Below, in pieces: positions 19,436 through 32,522 of a stretch of DNA of 64,000 bases (its first letter is position 1; each line of letters opens with the position of its first letter). The position numbers were made by a program, and so were the translations under genes. The notes below the pieces were generated by a model that was not told the DNA's origin, ran no database searches, and worked only from the letters and a program-made list of their open reading frames with translations. The stretch lies in NCBI GenBank assembly GCA_015059685.1, contig SUZW01000005.1:19931-83930 (forward strand), given 5' to 3'. The DNA is from Rikenellaceae bacterium. Lineage in GTDB: Bacteria > Bacteroidota > Bacteroidia > Bacteroidales > Rikenellaceae.

Positions 19436-19448
19436 GCAGATATAGAGA

Positions 19449-20726
19449 ATGGCAAAACTACTAATCAAGGGTGGAACTCTCGTAAGTGAGGGTGCGAGTC
19501 GCAAGGGCGACATCTTGGTTGCGAATGGCAAAATCGCAGCCATCGGAGAGTCGTTGTCGGCCGATGCACAGACCGAAGTTTTCGATGCAGAAGGGTGTAT
19601 CGTAACCTATGGTTTGGCCGATGTGCATGTACATCTGCGTGAGCCGGGCTATTCGGCCAAGGAGACTATCACTACGGGAACTCGTGCTGCAGCACACGGA
19701 GGTGTAACAACCGTGTGTGCTATGCCTAACCTTCAGCCTGCACCCGATGCACCCGAGACTATCTCCATCGAGCAGAGGATGATAGACGAGCAGGCCGTAG
19801 TAGAGGTGTTGCCATTTGCTACAATCTCCAAGGGGCGTGAAAGACGAGAGTTGGCCGAGATTGAGGCCCTGCGACCATTGTCGGTCGGTTACTCCGACGA
19901 TGGCAACGGCATACAAACTGAAGGGTTGATGCGCCAGGCTATGCAGCGCATTGCAGCCGTAGATGGCATTATCGCTGCACACTGCGAAGACGATGCGTTG
20001 TTGCACGCAGGATATATTCACGATGGCGAATATGCTCGCCAGCACGGCCACAAAGGCATCTGCTCGGAGAGCGAGTGGGGGCCGATAAAGCGTGATGTGA
20101 AGTTGGCCGAGGAGGAGAAGTGTCGCTACCATGTCTGCCACATCTCGACCAAGGAGAGTGTCGAGATTATCCGTGAGGCGAAGCAGCGCTGTAGCCATAT
20201 CTCTTGCGAAACGGCTCCGCACTACCTCATTTTGTGCGATGCAGACCTCAAGGAGGAGGGACGCTTTAAGATGAACCCACCGCTGCGTTCGGCAGAGGAT
20301 AGAGCCGCCCTGATTGAGGGCATAAAGGATGGAACAATAGAGGTTATTGCTACCGACCACGCACCACATACGGCCGAGGAGAAGTCTCGAGGCTTGAAGG
20401 GTAGTGCAATGGGTATCGTGGGTATCGAAACAGCGTTTGCACTCTGCTACACGCACCTTGTACGCAAGGGTGTGATTACGATTGAAAAGCTCGTTGCGCT
20501 GATGAGCGAAAACCCTCGTCGTCTGTTCCGCCTGGGTGGAGCATTGCGAGAGGGCGAGAGAGCCGATATTGCACTATTTGACACAACGACACCTTACACC
20601 ATAGACACGGCAGAGTTCCTCTCGATGGGCAAGGCTACGCCATTTGAGGGCGAAGAGGTGTATGGTCGATGCCGTTTGACTCTCTTTGCAGGAGAGAAGG
20701 TTTACGAAGATACGAAGAACAGATAA
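19449..20726 (+). CDS. pyrC: Dihydroorotase (long, class I type)
   Basis: DVHVHLREPG, HCED, HVCHIS, KMNPPLR, TDHAPH. Confidence 0.95.
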   Translation: MAKLLIKGGTLVSEGASRKGDILVANGKIAAIGESLSADAQTEVFDAEGCIVTYGLADVHVHLREPGYSAKETITTGTRAAAHGGVTTVCAMPNLQPAPDAPETISIEQRMIDEQAVVEVLPFATISKGRERRELAEIEALRPLSVGYSDDGNGIQTEGLMRQAMQRIAAVDGIIAAHCEDDALLHAGYIHDGEYARQHGHKGICSESEWGPIKRDVKLAEEEKCRYHVCHISTKESVEIIREAKQRCSHISCETAPHYLILCDADLKEEGRFKMNPPLRSAEDRAALIEGIKDGTIEVIATDHAPHTAEEKSRGLKGSAMGIVGIETAFALCYTHLVRKGVITIEKLVALMSENPRRLFRLGGALREGERADIALFDTTTPYTIDTAEFLSMGKATPFEGEEVYGRCRLTLFAGEKVYEDTKNR

Positions 20727-20742
20727 ACATATAGTTACAAAG

Positions 20743-21834
20743 ATGAAACAACCCGACAAAAAATTGGTTTTGGATAGCGGCGTAGAGTTTTTGGGCTACG
20801 GTTTTGGTGCCGACACAAATTCGGTATGCGAAATCGTCTTCAACACCTCGATGTCAGGCTACCAAGAGATTTTATCAAACCCATCCTACACCGATCAGAT
20901 TGTGGTGATGACCTACACAATGATTGGCAACTATGGCATTACCGACGAGGACTTCGAGGCACGAAACCTCACTCTCGGAGGTCTTGTAGTTCGTGAAGTG
21001 TGCGACACACCGAGCAACTTCCGCTACACAAAGACCACGGCAGAGCTCTTGGAGGAGTACTCGATACCAGGTATCAGCGGCATCGACACACGAATGCTCA
21101 CACGCCTAATTCGTGATGGCAAGTGTCACCGTGCAGCTATCGTCTCGGCAGAGATGTCGGCCGAGGAGGCTGTGGCTCTTATCAAGGCTACGCCCGAAAG
21201 ACGAGATGCCGTGGAGAGAGTAAGTTGCAAGAAGCGTTGGTATTCGCGCACACCTAACCACCGTTTCGATGTGGTTTTGGTAGATTGTGGTGCGAAGTTA
21301 AATATCGTGAGAATGCTCAACAAGCGTGGTTGCAATGTGATTATCGTACCATTCAACACTCCTGCAAAGGAGGTCTTGGCATTCAGCCCCGATGGCGTTG
21401 TCATATCGAACGGCCCGGGAGATCCAAACGACCTGCCAACGGTTGTGGAGCTGGTGAAAGAGTTGCACGGCAAGTTACCTATCTTCGGTATCGAGCTTGG
21501 ACATCACCTTGTGGCACTCTCGTATGGTGCCAAGGTCGCAAAGATTGAGGGCGTACATCGTGGCGGAGAGCACTCGGTACGCAACCTCGAGAGTGGCAAG
21601 ATTGAGACTACAGCACAAGGGTCGCTATACTTCGTGAATGAGAAGTCGCTCGAGGGTACTCCGCTGGAGGTTACACATCGCAGTGTCATCGCCAATACGG
21701 TCGAGGGCGTAGAGTGTAAGGCGGAGCAGATATTCTCGGTACAATACAATCCGGAGTCGGCACCGGGCGCACAGGATAGCGCATACCTTTTCGATAAATT
21801 CATTAAACTGATGGAGGAGAGACAAAATGCCTAA
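20743..21834 (+). CDS. carA: Carbamoyl-phosphate synthase small subunit with degenerate glutaminase site
   Basis: [24 protein letters not shown] and SNGPGDP are present, but GIELGHH replaces GICLGHQ and QYNPE replaces QYHPE. Confidence 0.93.
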   Translation: MKQPDKKLVLDSGVEFLGYGFGADTNSVCEIVFNTSMSGYQEILSNPSYTDQIVVMTYTMIGNYGITDEDFEARNLTLGGLVVREVCDTPSNFRYTKTTAELLEEYSIPGISGIDTRMLTRLIRDGKCHRAAIVSAEMSAEEAVALIKATPERRDAVERVSCKKRWYSRTPNHRFDVVLVDCGAKLNIVRMLNKRGCNVIIVPFNTPAKEVLAFSPDGVVISNGPGDPNDLPTVVELVKELHGKLPIFGIELGHHLVALSYGAKVAKIEGVHRGGEHSVRNLESGKIETTAQGSLYFVNEKSLEGTPLEVTHRSVIANTVEGVECKAEQIFSVQYNPESAPGAQDSAYLFDKFIKLMEERQNA

Positions 21835-24800
21835 AAGAACAGATATAAAGAAGGTTATGGTTATCGGCTCGGGCCCAATCGTGATTGGCCAGGCAGCCGA
21901 GTTCGACTACGCAGGTACGCAGGCGTGCCTTGCACTCAAGGAGGAGGGTTATGAGGTTATCCTCGTGAACTCGAACCCTGCAACCATTATGACCGATACA
22001 TTCATTGCCGATAAGGTCTATATGGAGCCTTTGAAGCTGGAGTATGTGGCAAAGATTATCCGCTACGAGCGACCAGACGCTATCGTTCCGGGGTTGGGAG
22101 GTCAGACGGGTCTGAACCTCGCAGTGCAACTTGCCAAGAAGGGTGTGTTGGAGGAGTGCGGCGTAGAGATTTTGGGTACTTCGTTTGAGAGTATCGAGCG
22201 TGCCGAGGATAGAGAGTTGTTCAAGCAGCTCTGTATCGACCTTGGAGAGCCGGTGTTGCCTTCGGAGGTTGTAAATACCGTCGAGGAGGGTGTCGAGGTT
22301 GCCAAGAAGATTGGATATCCGTTGGTGCTTCGCCCTGCATTTACGCTCGGAGGTACGGGCGGCGGCTTCGTGGATAACGAGGATGAGTTGCGAGAGTTGA
22401 TGCGCAACGCCTTGATACTTTCACCTGTACATCAGGTATTGGTCGAGAAGAGCATCAAGGGCTACAAGGAGATTGAGTATGAGGTGATGCGTGATAAGAA
22501 CGACACCGCCATAACAATCTGTAATATGGAGAATGTCGATCCTGTGGGTGTGCATACAGGTGACTCTATCGTGGTTGCTCCGTGCCAGACCTTGACCGAC
22601 AAGGAGACACAAATGTTGCGCACGAGTGCATTGAAGATTATTCGTGAGTTGAAGATTGAGGGTGGCTGCAATGTTCAGTTTGCCTTGGACCCACTCTCGT
22701 TCAAATACTACATTATCGAGGTTAATCCTCGTGTATCACGCTCCTCGGCCCTGGCATCAAAGGCAAGTGGTTTCCCAATCGCTCGAGTTACAGCAAAGGT
22801 GGCCGTGGGAATGACTCTCGACGAGATTATGTTGGCAAATGGCCCTGCGTGTGCCGAGCCTGCATTGGACTATATCGTCACAAAGATTGCCCGCTTCCCA
22901 TTCGATAAGTTCAGCGAGGCTTCGAATGAACTTGGCACGCAGATGAAGGCTACGGGCGAGGTTATGAGTATCGGTCGTACCTTCGAGGAGAGCTTCTTGA
23001 AGGCTGTGCGTTCGCTCGAGACGGGTGTCTGCCACATCTACCATAAGAAGTTCGACAATATGGCGACAGCCGATATTTTGAACTATATACAGCGTGCTAC
23101 CGACGACCGCATCTACGCTATTGCCGAGTTGCTGCGTCGTTCGCCAAGCGTTTCGGGTATCGACCGTTCGTTGATATACGACCGCACGAAGATAGATATG
23201 TTCTTCCTCAAGAAGTTGAAGAATATCACCGAGTTCGAGAGCGTTGTGAAGGCCAATAAGGGCGACCGTGAGGTCCTCTACGAGGCAAAGCGTATGGGCT
23301 TTGGCGATAAGTTTATCGGACAGTTGTGGGGTATGACCGAGTCGGAGGTCTTCGAGTTGCGCCAGGAGTTGGGCGTTAAGCCGGTGTATAAGAGTATCGA
23401 CACCTGCGCAGGTGAGTATGCGGGTTATGTGCCATACTTCTATTCGACCTACGAGCAGGAGAACGAGTCGGTGGTGAGCAACCGCAAGAAGATTGTGGTG
23501 CTCGGTTCGGGCCCTATCCGTATTGGCCAGGGTGTGGAGTTCGACTATTCGACCGTACACTCGATTTGGGCTATCCGTGAGGCGGGATATGAGGCTATCA
23601 TTATAAACAATAACCCAGAAACCGTATCTACCGACTACTCGATATCGGACAAGCTCTACTTTGAGCCACTCACTATCGAGAATGTAATGAATGTTATCCG
23701 CTTGGAGCAACCTGATGGCGTTATCGTAACTCTCGGAGGTCAGACTGCCATAAACCTTGCAAAGCCGTTGTCGAAGATGGGTGTCAAGATTATCGGCACC
23801 GATATCGACGCTATCGACAAGGCCGAGGATAGAAAGCTCTTCGAGGCTATTATGCGTGAGGTCGGTATTCCGCAGCCACAAGCAAAGGCTGTGACCGATA
23901 TCGAGGAGGGTGTCGAGGCTGCATCGAAGATTGGCTATCCGGTATTGGTGCGCCCAAGCTTTGTGTTGGGCGGTCGTGCAATGCAGATTGTCGGCAACGA
24001 GCAGGCTCTGCGCCACTATCTGCACAACGCAGTGGAGGTGTCGGAAGACTCGCCTGTATTGGTCGATAAGTACATTATGGGTAAGGAGGCCGAGGTCGAT
24101 GCGATATGCGATGCCGAGGGAAATGTCTTTATCCCTGGTATTATGGAGCATGTCGAGCATACGGGTATCCACTCGGGTGACTCGATAAGTGTCTATCCTT
24201 CGTTCTCGCTCAACGATAAGGTTAAGCAGTTGATGATTGACTATACCGTGCGCCTCGGTAGAGCTATTGGTATAATCGGTCTTTACAACATACAGTTCAT
24301 CGTCGATGACAACAATATGGTCTATGTTATCGAGGTAAATCCTCGTTCATCGCGTACGGTACCATTCTTGTCGAAATCTACGAAGGTGCCTATGGCAAAG
24401 ATTGCTACACGAGTTATGCTCGGAGAGTCGTTGCCTTCGCAGGGCATCACCGAGGTCTATGGCAAGGAGAGCAAACGCCACTTCGTGAAGGCTCCGGCAT
24501 TCTCATTTGCCAAGATTAAGGGTGTGGACTCGTACCTCTCGCCAGAGATGAAATCTACGGGCGAGGCTATCGGTTACGACGACTCGCTCACTCGTGCCTT
24601 GTATAAATCGTTGCAGGCTTCGGGTATGGCGGTCGAGAAGTACGGAACAATCTTCGTAACCATTGCCGACCGAGATAAGGAGGCAGCGTTGCCACTTTTG
24701 CGTCGCTTCTACAACCTCGGTTTCAACCTCGAGGCGACATCGGGTACAGCAAACTTCCTGCGTCAGCACGGCCTGCGCACACGATTGCTGCGTAAGATAT

Positions 24801-25039
24801 CGGAGGGAAGCGATGATATCGTCAAGGCGTTGTCGAAGGGGCATGTGAACTATGTAATCAACACCATAGATATAAACCAGCACAACACCCGCCTCGATGG
24901 CTACGGTATTCGTAATGCTGCAGTCGAGAATAATGTTTCGCTCTTGACTTCGCTCGAGACCGTAAGAGTTCTGCTCGATGTCTTGGAGGAGATTACGCTC
25001 GGTGTATCGACTATCGACTCCGAGGGCAACAATAAATAG
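21827..25039 (+). CDS. carB: Carbamoyl-phosphate synthase large subunit
   Basis: MPKRTDIKK...[15 protein letters not shown], duplicated ATP-grasp halves, C-terminal MGS-like domain. Confidence 0.97.
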   Translation: MPKRTDIKKVMVIGSGPIVIGQAAEFDYAGTQACLALKEEGYEVILVNSNPATIMTDTFIADKVYMEPLKLEYVAKIIRYERPDAIVPGLGGQTGLNLAVQLAKKGVLEECGVEILGTSFESIERAEDRELFKQLCIDLGEPVLPSEVVNTVEEGVEVAKKIGYPLVLRPAFTLGGTGGGFVDNEDELRELMRNALILSPVHQVLVEKSIKGYKEIEYEVMRDKNDTAITICNMENVDPVGVHTGDSIVVAPCQTLTDKETQMLRTSALKIIRELKIEGGCNVQFALDPLSFKYYIIEVNPRVSRSSALASKASGFPIARVTAKVAVGMTLDEIMLANGPACAEPALDYIVTKIARFPFDKFSEASNELGTQMKATGEVMSIGRTFEESFLKAVRSLETGVCHIYHKKFDNMATADILNYIQRATDDRIYAIAELLRRSPSVSGIDRSLIYDRTKIDMFFLKKLKNITEFESVVKANKGDREVLYEAKRMGFGDKFIGQLWGMTESEVFELRQELGVKPVYKSIDTCAGEYAGYVPYFYSTYEQENESVVSNRKKIVVLGSGPIRIGQGVEFDYSTVHSIWAIREAGYEAIIINNNPETVSTDYSISDKLYFEPLTIENVMNVIRLEQPDGVIVTLGGQTAINLAKPLSKMGVKIIGTDIDAIDKAEDRKLFEAIMREVGIPQPQAKAVTDIEEGVEAASKIGYPVLVRPSFVLGGRAMQIVGNEQALRHYLHNAVEVSEDSPVLVDKYIMGKEAEVDAICDAEGNVFIPGIMEHVEHTGIHSGDSISVYPSFSLNDKVKQLMIDYTVRLGRAIGIIGLYNIQFIVDDNNMVYVIEVNPRSSRTVPFLSKSTKVPMAKIATRVMLGESLPSQGITEVYGKESKRHFVKAPAFSFAKIKGVDSYLSPEMKSTGEAIGYDDSLTRALYKSLQASGMAVEKYGTIFVTIADRDKEAALPLLRRFYNLGFNLEATSGTANFLRQHGLRTRLLRKISEGSDDIVKALSKGHVNYVINTIDINQHNTRLDGYGIRNAAVENNVSLLTSLETVRVLLDVLEEITLGVSTIDSEGNNK

Positions 25040-25045
25040 AGGAGT

Positions 25046-25783
25046 ATGCAGAGAGTTGTATTGACAGTAACCAAGAATATTGCGCTCACACCTCTCATCT
25101 ATGAGATGCAACTTGCGGGCGATGTCTCGGGGGTGAGGCGTGCAGGGCAGTTTGTCGAAATTGCACTCGATGGATTGTATCTGCGCCGACCTATCTCGGT
25201 CTGCAACTACGAGGAGGGGAGCCTGACTATTATCTATAAGGTAGTGGGCAAGGGCACCGACCTAATGTCGCAGATGGCCGAGGGTACACAACTTGATGTG
25301 CTTACGGGTTTGGGCAATGGCTTCGATATCGACTACGAGTGCCAAAAACCTCTCTTGGTGGGCGGTGGAGTAGGCGTTCCGCCATTGTATCGTTTGGCTC
25401 GTGACTTGAAAGCTCGAGGCAGAGATGTCACGGTGGTACTTGGTTTCAACACCGAGGCCGAGATATTCTACAAGGAGGAGTTCGAGGCTCTGGGTGCCAA
25501 GGTTATCGTCGCTACGGCCGATGGCTCGGTGGGCGTAAAAGGCTTTGTGACTGACGCTATACGAGAGAGTGGGGTGGAGTACGACTACTTCTACTCGTGC
25601 GGGCCTCTGCCGATGCTGAAGGCTTTGTGCTCGGTGGCAACAACTTCAGGCGAGGTGTCGCTCGAGGAGCGTATGGGCTGCGGTTTCGGTATCTGTATGG
25701 GTTGCTCGATAATGACAACAAAGGGCGCAAAGCGTGTCTGCAAAGATGGCCCTGTATTTAAGAAGGAGGAGGTAATATGGTAA
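25046..25783 (+). CDS. pyrK: Dihydroorotate dehydrogenase electron transfer subunit
   Basis: LRRPISV, GGGVGVPP, CGPLPML, MGCGFGICMGC...C 2Fe-2S motif. Confidence 0.93.
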   Translation: MQRVVLTVTKNIALTPLIYEMQLAGDVSGVRRAGQFVEIALDGLYLRRPISVCNYEEGSLTIIYKVVGKGTDLMSQMAEGTQLDVLTGLGNGFDIDYECQKPLLVGGGVGVPPLYRLARDLKARGRDVTVVLGFNTEAEIFYKEEFEALGAKVIVATADGSVGVKGFVTDAIRESGVEYDYFYSCGPLPMLKALCSVATTSGEVSLEERMGCGFGICMGCSIMTTKGAKRVCKDGPVFKKEEVIW

Positions 25784-26691
25784 GAGAGCTTTCGGTTGAG
25801 CTGTGTGGCGTAAAACTCGACAACCCCGTAATTCCTGCCAGCGGAACATTCGGCTTCGGCAAGGAGATGGCGGAGGTGTACGATATAAATATCTTGGGCT
25901 CGATATCGTTCAAGGGCACTACTCGTGATGCCCGTTTCGGAAATCCTACACCCCGTATTGCCGAGTGCCCAAGCGGACTTATAAACTCTGTTGGCCTGCA
26001 AAACCCTGGTGTAGATGCAGTTATTGCACACGAACTGCCCGAACTCCGCAAGATTTTCCGCAAGCCAATTATCGCCAATATCAGCGGCTTCTCGATTGAG
26101 GAGTATGTGGAGTGCTGCTCGAAGTTGGACAAGGAGGAGCAGGTGGCTATCTTGGAGGTCAATATCTCCTGCCCGAATGTGCATAACGGAGGTATGGCAT
26201 TTGGCACATCGCCAGAGTCGGCTGCGGCTGTCACAAAGGCGGTTAAGGCGGTTACTACAAAGCCCGTATTTATCAAGTTGTCGCCAAATGTAACCGACAT
26301 TGTTGCTATTGCCAAGGCGTGCGAAGAGGCTGGTGCTGATGGTATTACGCTAATAAATACGATGCTCGGTATGAGGATAGATATCGCCCGCAGAAAGCCA
26401 GTAATCGCCAATAAGATGGGTGGTTTCTCGGGTGCAGCGATATTTCCGATAGCGGTACGAATGGTCTATCAGGTGGCTCACGCTGTGAAAATACCCGTAA
26501 TAGGTTGTGGCGGAGTGGCTACGGCAGAAGATGTTGTCGAGATGATGATGGCGGGAGCTACCGCTGTTCAGGTAGGTGCAGAAAATCTGCGTAACCCTTA
26601 CGCTTGCAAGGAGATTATCGAGGAGTTGCCATTCGTGATGGAGCGACTCGGCATCGAGAAATTAAGAGATATAATAGGTATAATCGAATAA
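25777..26691 (+). CDS. pyrD: Dihydroorotate dehydrogenase 1B catalytic subunit
   Basis: ASGTFGFG, GNPTPRIAE, NISCPN, KLSPNVTDI, LINT. Confidence 0.95.
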   Translation: MVRELSVELCGVKLDNPVIPASGTFGFGKEMAEVYDINILGSISFKGTTRDARFGNPTPRIAECPSGLINSVGLQNPGVDAVIAHELPELRKIFRKPIIANISGFSIEEYVECCSKLDKEEQVAILEVNISCPNVHNGGMAFGTSPESAAAVTKAVKAVTTKPVFIKLSPNVTDIVAIAKACEEAGADGITLINTMLGMRIDIARRKPVIANKMGGFSGAAIFPIAVRMVYQVAHAVKIPVIGCGGVATAEDVVEMMMAGATAVQVGAENLRNPYACKEIIEELPFVMERLGIEKLRDIIGIIE

Positions 26692-26703
26692 AATTAAAAA
26701 TAA

Positions 26704-26740
26704 AAGCCAATGGCTAATGGCTAACGGCTAAAAGCTAATG
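26704..26740. repeat. Heptamer tandem repeat (AATGGCT)n
   Basis: AGCCAATGGCTAATGGCTAACGGCTAAAAGCTAATG; similar arrays near 16519, 28113, 32410 and 52660. Confidence 0.75.
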
Positions 26741-26750
26741 TAAAAAAGTT

Positions 26751-27452
26751 ATGGCAAAAGATGTAATTATTGCGTGCGATTTCAGCAGCAAGGAGCAGAC
26801 GCTCTCGTTCTTGGATAAATTTACAGGTCGTAAGCCTTTCGTAAAGATTGGTATGGAGTTGTTCTATGCCGAAGGTCCTGCTATTGTGCGTGAGATTAAG
26901 GCACGAGGACACAAAATTTTCCTCGATTTGAAGTTGCACGATATTCCGAACACCGTACGCAAGGCGATGAGCGTACTCTCACGCCTCGATGTCGATATGT
27001 GCAATGTTCACGCTGCGGGAACTGTTGATATGATGCGTGCAGGCTTGGAGGGTTTGACTCGTGAGGACGGTACTCGTCCGTTGCTGATTGCCGTAACTCA
27101 ACTCACCTCGACCAGCGAGGAGCGTATGCAGAAGGAGTTGTTGATCGACGCAACCATCAACGACTGCATCGCAAAGTATGCCGAGAATGCAAAGGAGGCA
27201 GGTCTTGATGGGGTAGTCTGCTCACCACTCGAAGCCTCGCTCGTCAAGGAGCATTGTGGCAAGGAGTTCTTCACAATCACTCCGGGTGTGCGCTTTGCAG
27301 ATAGCTCGAAGGACGACCAAGTGCGCATTATGACTCCTGCGCAGGCTCGTGAGATTGGCTCGGACTACATCGTTGTAGGTCGCCCTATCACCGCAGCCGA
27401 AGACCCGGTAGCGGCATACGAGCGTTGTTGCAAAGAGTTCTTAAATGAGTAA
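26751..27452 (+). CDS. pyrF: Orotidine-5'-phosphate decarboxylase (short, type 1)
   Basis: [43 protein letters not shown]. Confidence 0.96.
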   Translation: MAKDVIIACDFSSKEQTLSFLDKFTGRKPFVKIGMELFYAEGPAIVREIKARGHKIFLDLKLHDIPNTVRKAMSVLSRLDVDMCNVHAAGTVDMMRAGLEGLTREDGTRPLLIAVTQLTSTSEERMQKELLIDATINDCIAKYAENAKEAGLDGVVCSPLEASLVKEHCGKEFFTITPGVRFADSSKDDQVRIMTPAQAREIGSDYIVVGRPITAAEDPVAAYERCCKEFLNE

Positions 27453-27475
27453 TAACGAATAAAAAATATACTATT

Positions 27476-28105
27476 ATGGAAAAAACTATTGCAAAAGAGT
27501 TACTTTCGATTAACGCAGTATTTTTGCGCCCAGAGCAGCCTTTTACTTGGGCAAGCGGCATCAAGAGCCCGATTTATTGCGATAATCGCCTTATCTTGAC
27601 CGCACCTCGTGTTCGAGAGCAGGTAGAGGCAGGTTTGGCAGAGTTGGTAAAGAGGCATTTTCCGGAGTGCGAGGTGCTGATGGGTACTTCGACTGCTGGT
27701 ATTGCCCACGCTGCTATTGTGGCTACAATTCTCGATTTGCCAATGGGTTATGTTCGTAGTGGTGCAAAGGACCACGGTCGTGCAAACCGCATCGAGGGTA
27801 AGTTGGAGAGGGGACAGAAGGTTGTCGTTGTCGAGGACTTGATTTCGACAGGTGGCTCTTGCATCGAGGTTGTCGATGCTTTGCGCGAGGCGGGTGCCGA
27901 TGTTTTGGGCATCGTGAGCATCTTTACCTATGGCATGAAGCGTGGCGTGGAGCGCATCGCTGAGGCAAACACCGTAAACTACTCGCTCTCAAACCTTGAC
28001 GCACTCGTAGAGGTGGCAGCCGAGGAGGGTTATATCGCTTCGGAGTGGAAGGAGCGTATCCTCACATTCCGCAACAATCCAAGCGATGAGAGTTGGATTA
28101 AATAA
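27476..28105 (+). CDS. pyrE: Orotate phosphoribosyltransferase
   Basis: [20 protein letters not shown] motif [12 protein letters not shown]. Confidence 0.96.
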   Translation: MEKTIAKELLSINAVFLRPEQPFTWASGIKSPIYCDNRLILTAPRVREQVEAGLAELVKRHFPECEVLMGTSTAGIAHAAIVATILDLPMGYVRSGAKDHGRANRIEGKLERGQKVVVVEDLISTGGSCIEVVDALREAGADVLGIVSIFTYGMKRGVERIAEANTVNYSLSNLDALVEVAAEEGYIASEWKERILTFRNNPSDESWIK

Positions 28106-28162
28106 ATTTTAACAGCCAATGGCTAATGGCTAAAAGCTAATGGCCCTAAAAAAAAGAATACT

Positions 28163-29239
28163 ATGAGACATTTAACTGACCCTACAGATCTGACCCGCAA
28201 AGAGACCGATGATATTGTCGCTCTGGCACTCGATATTATAGCAAACCGCCAGAAATATAGCGAGGTTTGCAAAGGCAAAAAGTTGGCTACACTCTTCTAT
28301 GAACCAAGCACCCGTACCCGTTTGAGCTTCACATCTGCAATGATGGAGCTGGGAGGTAATGTGCTCGGCTTCTCGGATGCCAACTCTTCGTCGGTAAGCA
28401 AGGGCGAAACCGTAGAAGATACAGTGCGTGTAGTGGGTAACTTCGTGGATATTATCGCCATGCGCCACCATATCGAGGGCGCTCCGTTGGATGCATCGCT
28501 TGTTTCGCTGGTACCGATTATAAATGCCGGTGATGGTGCGCACGCCCACCCGACACAGACGCTGACCGACCTTCTTACGATTACCCGTGAGTTGGGACAC
28601 CTCGACAACCTTACTATTGGTTTCTGTGGCGATTTGCTCTATGGTCGTACCGTTCATTCGTTGATTAAGGCGATGTCACGCTACGAGGGTACCAAGTTTG
28701 TGCTTATCGCACCCGACGAGTTGCGCTTACCCGACTATATCAAGCACGATGTCTGCGAGAAGAACGGCATAGAGTATCGTGAGGTATCTTCGCTCGAGGA
28801 TGTTATCGGTGAGTTGGATATTCTCTACATGACCCGTGTTCAGCAGGAGCGTTTTGCGGACAAGGCGGAGTACGAGCGTGTGAAAGATTGCTATATACTC
28901 GATACCGAGAAGATGGCACTGGCAAAGGAGAAGATGGCAGTATTGCACCCACTGCCTCGTGTAAATGAGATTGCGAAGGCTGTGGATGCCGATCCTCGTG
29001 CCGCATATTTCCGTCAGGTGGGAAATGGTAAGTTCGTGCGTATGGCACTGATGTACACCTTGTTGAAGTGGGCGGAAGAGGGTGCAGCACCTCTCGAGAA
29101 CCACAAAGCCGTAGAGGTCGAGGGCTTGACTTGTCCAAACCGTAAGTGCATCTGCAACAACGAGAATGTAGAGCCTAAATTCCACATCACTGACAGCGGT
29201 GTTTATCGCTGTTTATACTGCGACACAAAAGTTAAATAG
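28163..29239 (+). CDS. pyrB: Aspartate carbamoyltransferase with C-terminal PyrI-type Zn domain
   Basis: [32 protein letters not shown]; tail CPNRKCI...YRCLYCD. Confidence 0.95.
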   Translation: MRHLTDPTDLTRKETDDIVALALDIIANRQKYSEVCKGKKLATLFYEPSTRTRLSFTSAMMELGGNVLGFSDANSSSVSKGETVEDTVRVVGNFVDIIAMRHHIEGAPLDASLVSLVPIINAGDGAHAHPTQTLTDLLTITRELGHLDNLTIGFCGDLLYGRTVHSLIKAMSRYEGTKFVLIAPDELRLPDYIKHDVCEKNGIEYREVSSLEDVIGELDILYMTRVQQERFADKAEYERVKDCYILDTEKMALAKEKMAVLHPLPRVNEIAKAVDADPRAAYFRQVGNGKFVRMALMYTLLKWAEEGAAPLENHKAVEVEGLTCPNRKCICNNENVEPKFHITDSGVYRCLYCDTKVK

Positions 29240-29331
29240 CAAAATTTAGATTTTTTTTGAGCAAAATAGTTGTATTTCAATAAAAATTTATACCTTTGTG
29301 TAACTAACAATGCACATATAACAAAATTACT

Positions 29332-30156
29332 ATGAAAAGATTAACCTTATTAGCTGCTGTTTTTGCTATTTTCGCCCTCGTAGGTTGCGAGAAAGGCGTT
29401 GAAGGCGAAGGCGACACAATCTACTACACTACCACTGACGGAGCAAAGGTGGAGATTAACGATGCGCACTTTGATGTTGAAGTGTCGAGCAACACCTACT
29501 CGAATGGCGTTGGTACCATCGTGTTCAATGGTCCACTCGTAACTGTTGGCGAAACAGCATTCGCCGGTTGCACAAATTTGAGTAGCGTAACTCTGCCATC
29601 GAATGTTCGCTTCATCGGTAAAGATGCGTTCTCTGGCTGTACAGCTTTGAGTGGTGTATCTTTGGGCGATTACCTCACTGAGATACATAGCTATGCGTTC
29701 TATGGCTGTACCTCTCTTACAGAGGTTGTGCTCCCATCTCGTGTTGCTATTATCGGCGACCATGCCTTTGCACACTGCTCGTCTTTGGCTCGTGTCGAGG
29801 CTTCAGAGAAGTTGGTAACTATCGAGTCAAGCGCATTCTTTCACTGCGATGCCCTCGTAGAGTTCGATTTAACTCGCAATAACAGCCTTTACGAAATCAA
29901 ATTTGCTGCTTTCGACGAGTGCAACGCTTTGGAGTCAATTGAAGTACCTGCCTCGTTTGCATATCTTCACGAGAAGGCATTTTTCCACGCTGCCTCGCTC
30001 AAGTCGTTTAAGATTCACGCACCAAAGCGTGCTACATCATCTGTCGATATGTTCACTAATGTTCACGAGGACTTTGCAATCTATGTTCCAATGGCATTGG
30101 TTGCAGATTACAAGGCTGTGAACTACTGGAAATTGTACCAGATTATTGGTTTCTAA
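29332..30156 (+). CDS. BspA-type leucine-rich repeat lipoprotein
   Basis: Lipobox LVGC; repeats of IG..AF.GC..L..V.LP; IYVP...YK...W C-cap. Confidence 0.85.
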   Translation: MKRLTLLAAVFAIFALVGCEKGVEGEGDTIYYTTTDGAKVEINDAHFDVEVSSNTYSNGVGTIVFNGPLVTVGETAFAGCTNLSSVTLPSNVRFIGKDAFSGCTALSGVSLGDYLTEIHSYAFYGCTSLTEVVLPSRVAIIGDHAFAHCSSLARVEASEKLVTIESSAFFHCDALVEFDLTRNNSLYEIKFAAFDECNALESIEVPASFAYLHEKAFFHAASLKSFKIHAPKRATSSVDMFTNVHEDFAIYVPMALVADYKAVNYWKLYQIIGF

Positions 30157-30211
30157 TAGACTGACATAGTGTTTATAATAGGTAGGCCAAGACCTACCTA
30201 TTATTATATAA

Positions 30212-32407
<2,196 letters not shown>

Positions 32408-32427
32408 GCCTTTAGCCATTAACTTTT

Positions 32428-32462
32428 TAGCCCTCCGTAGCTCTTCTACGGAGGGCTATTTT
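32428..32462. terminator. Intrinsic terminator
   Basis: TAGCCCTCCGTAG-ctctt-CTACGGAGGGCTA-TTTT. Confidence 0.85.
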
Positions 32463-32522
32463 CTTTTACTTATGTGCAGGTGCAAGCGGTTGATATTATG
32501 CTATTTGCGGAATTTAGCTACA

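Noticed and set aside
19251-19440. PyrR-binding attenuator
   Set aside because: No PyrR binding-loop consensus is visible and no pyrR is in the operon; the leader-peptide model fits better.
22757-24172. Long antisense ORFs (also 19461-20456, 33695-34804, 34963-35886, 57024-57923)
   Set aside because: Shadows of well-supported genes on the opposite strand, with no recognisable motifs.
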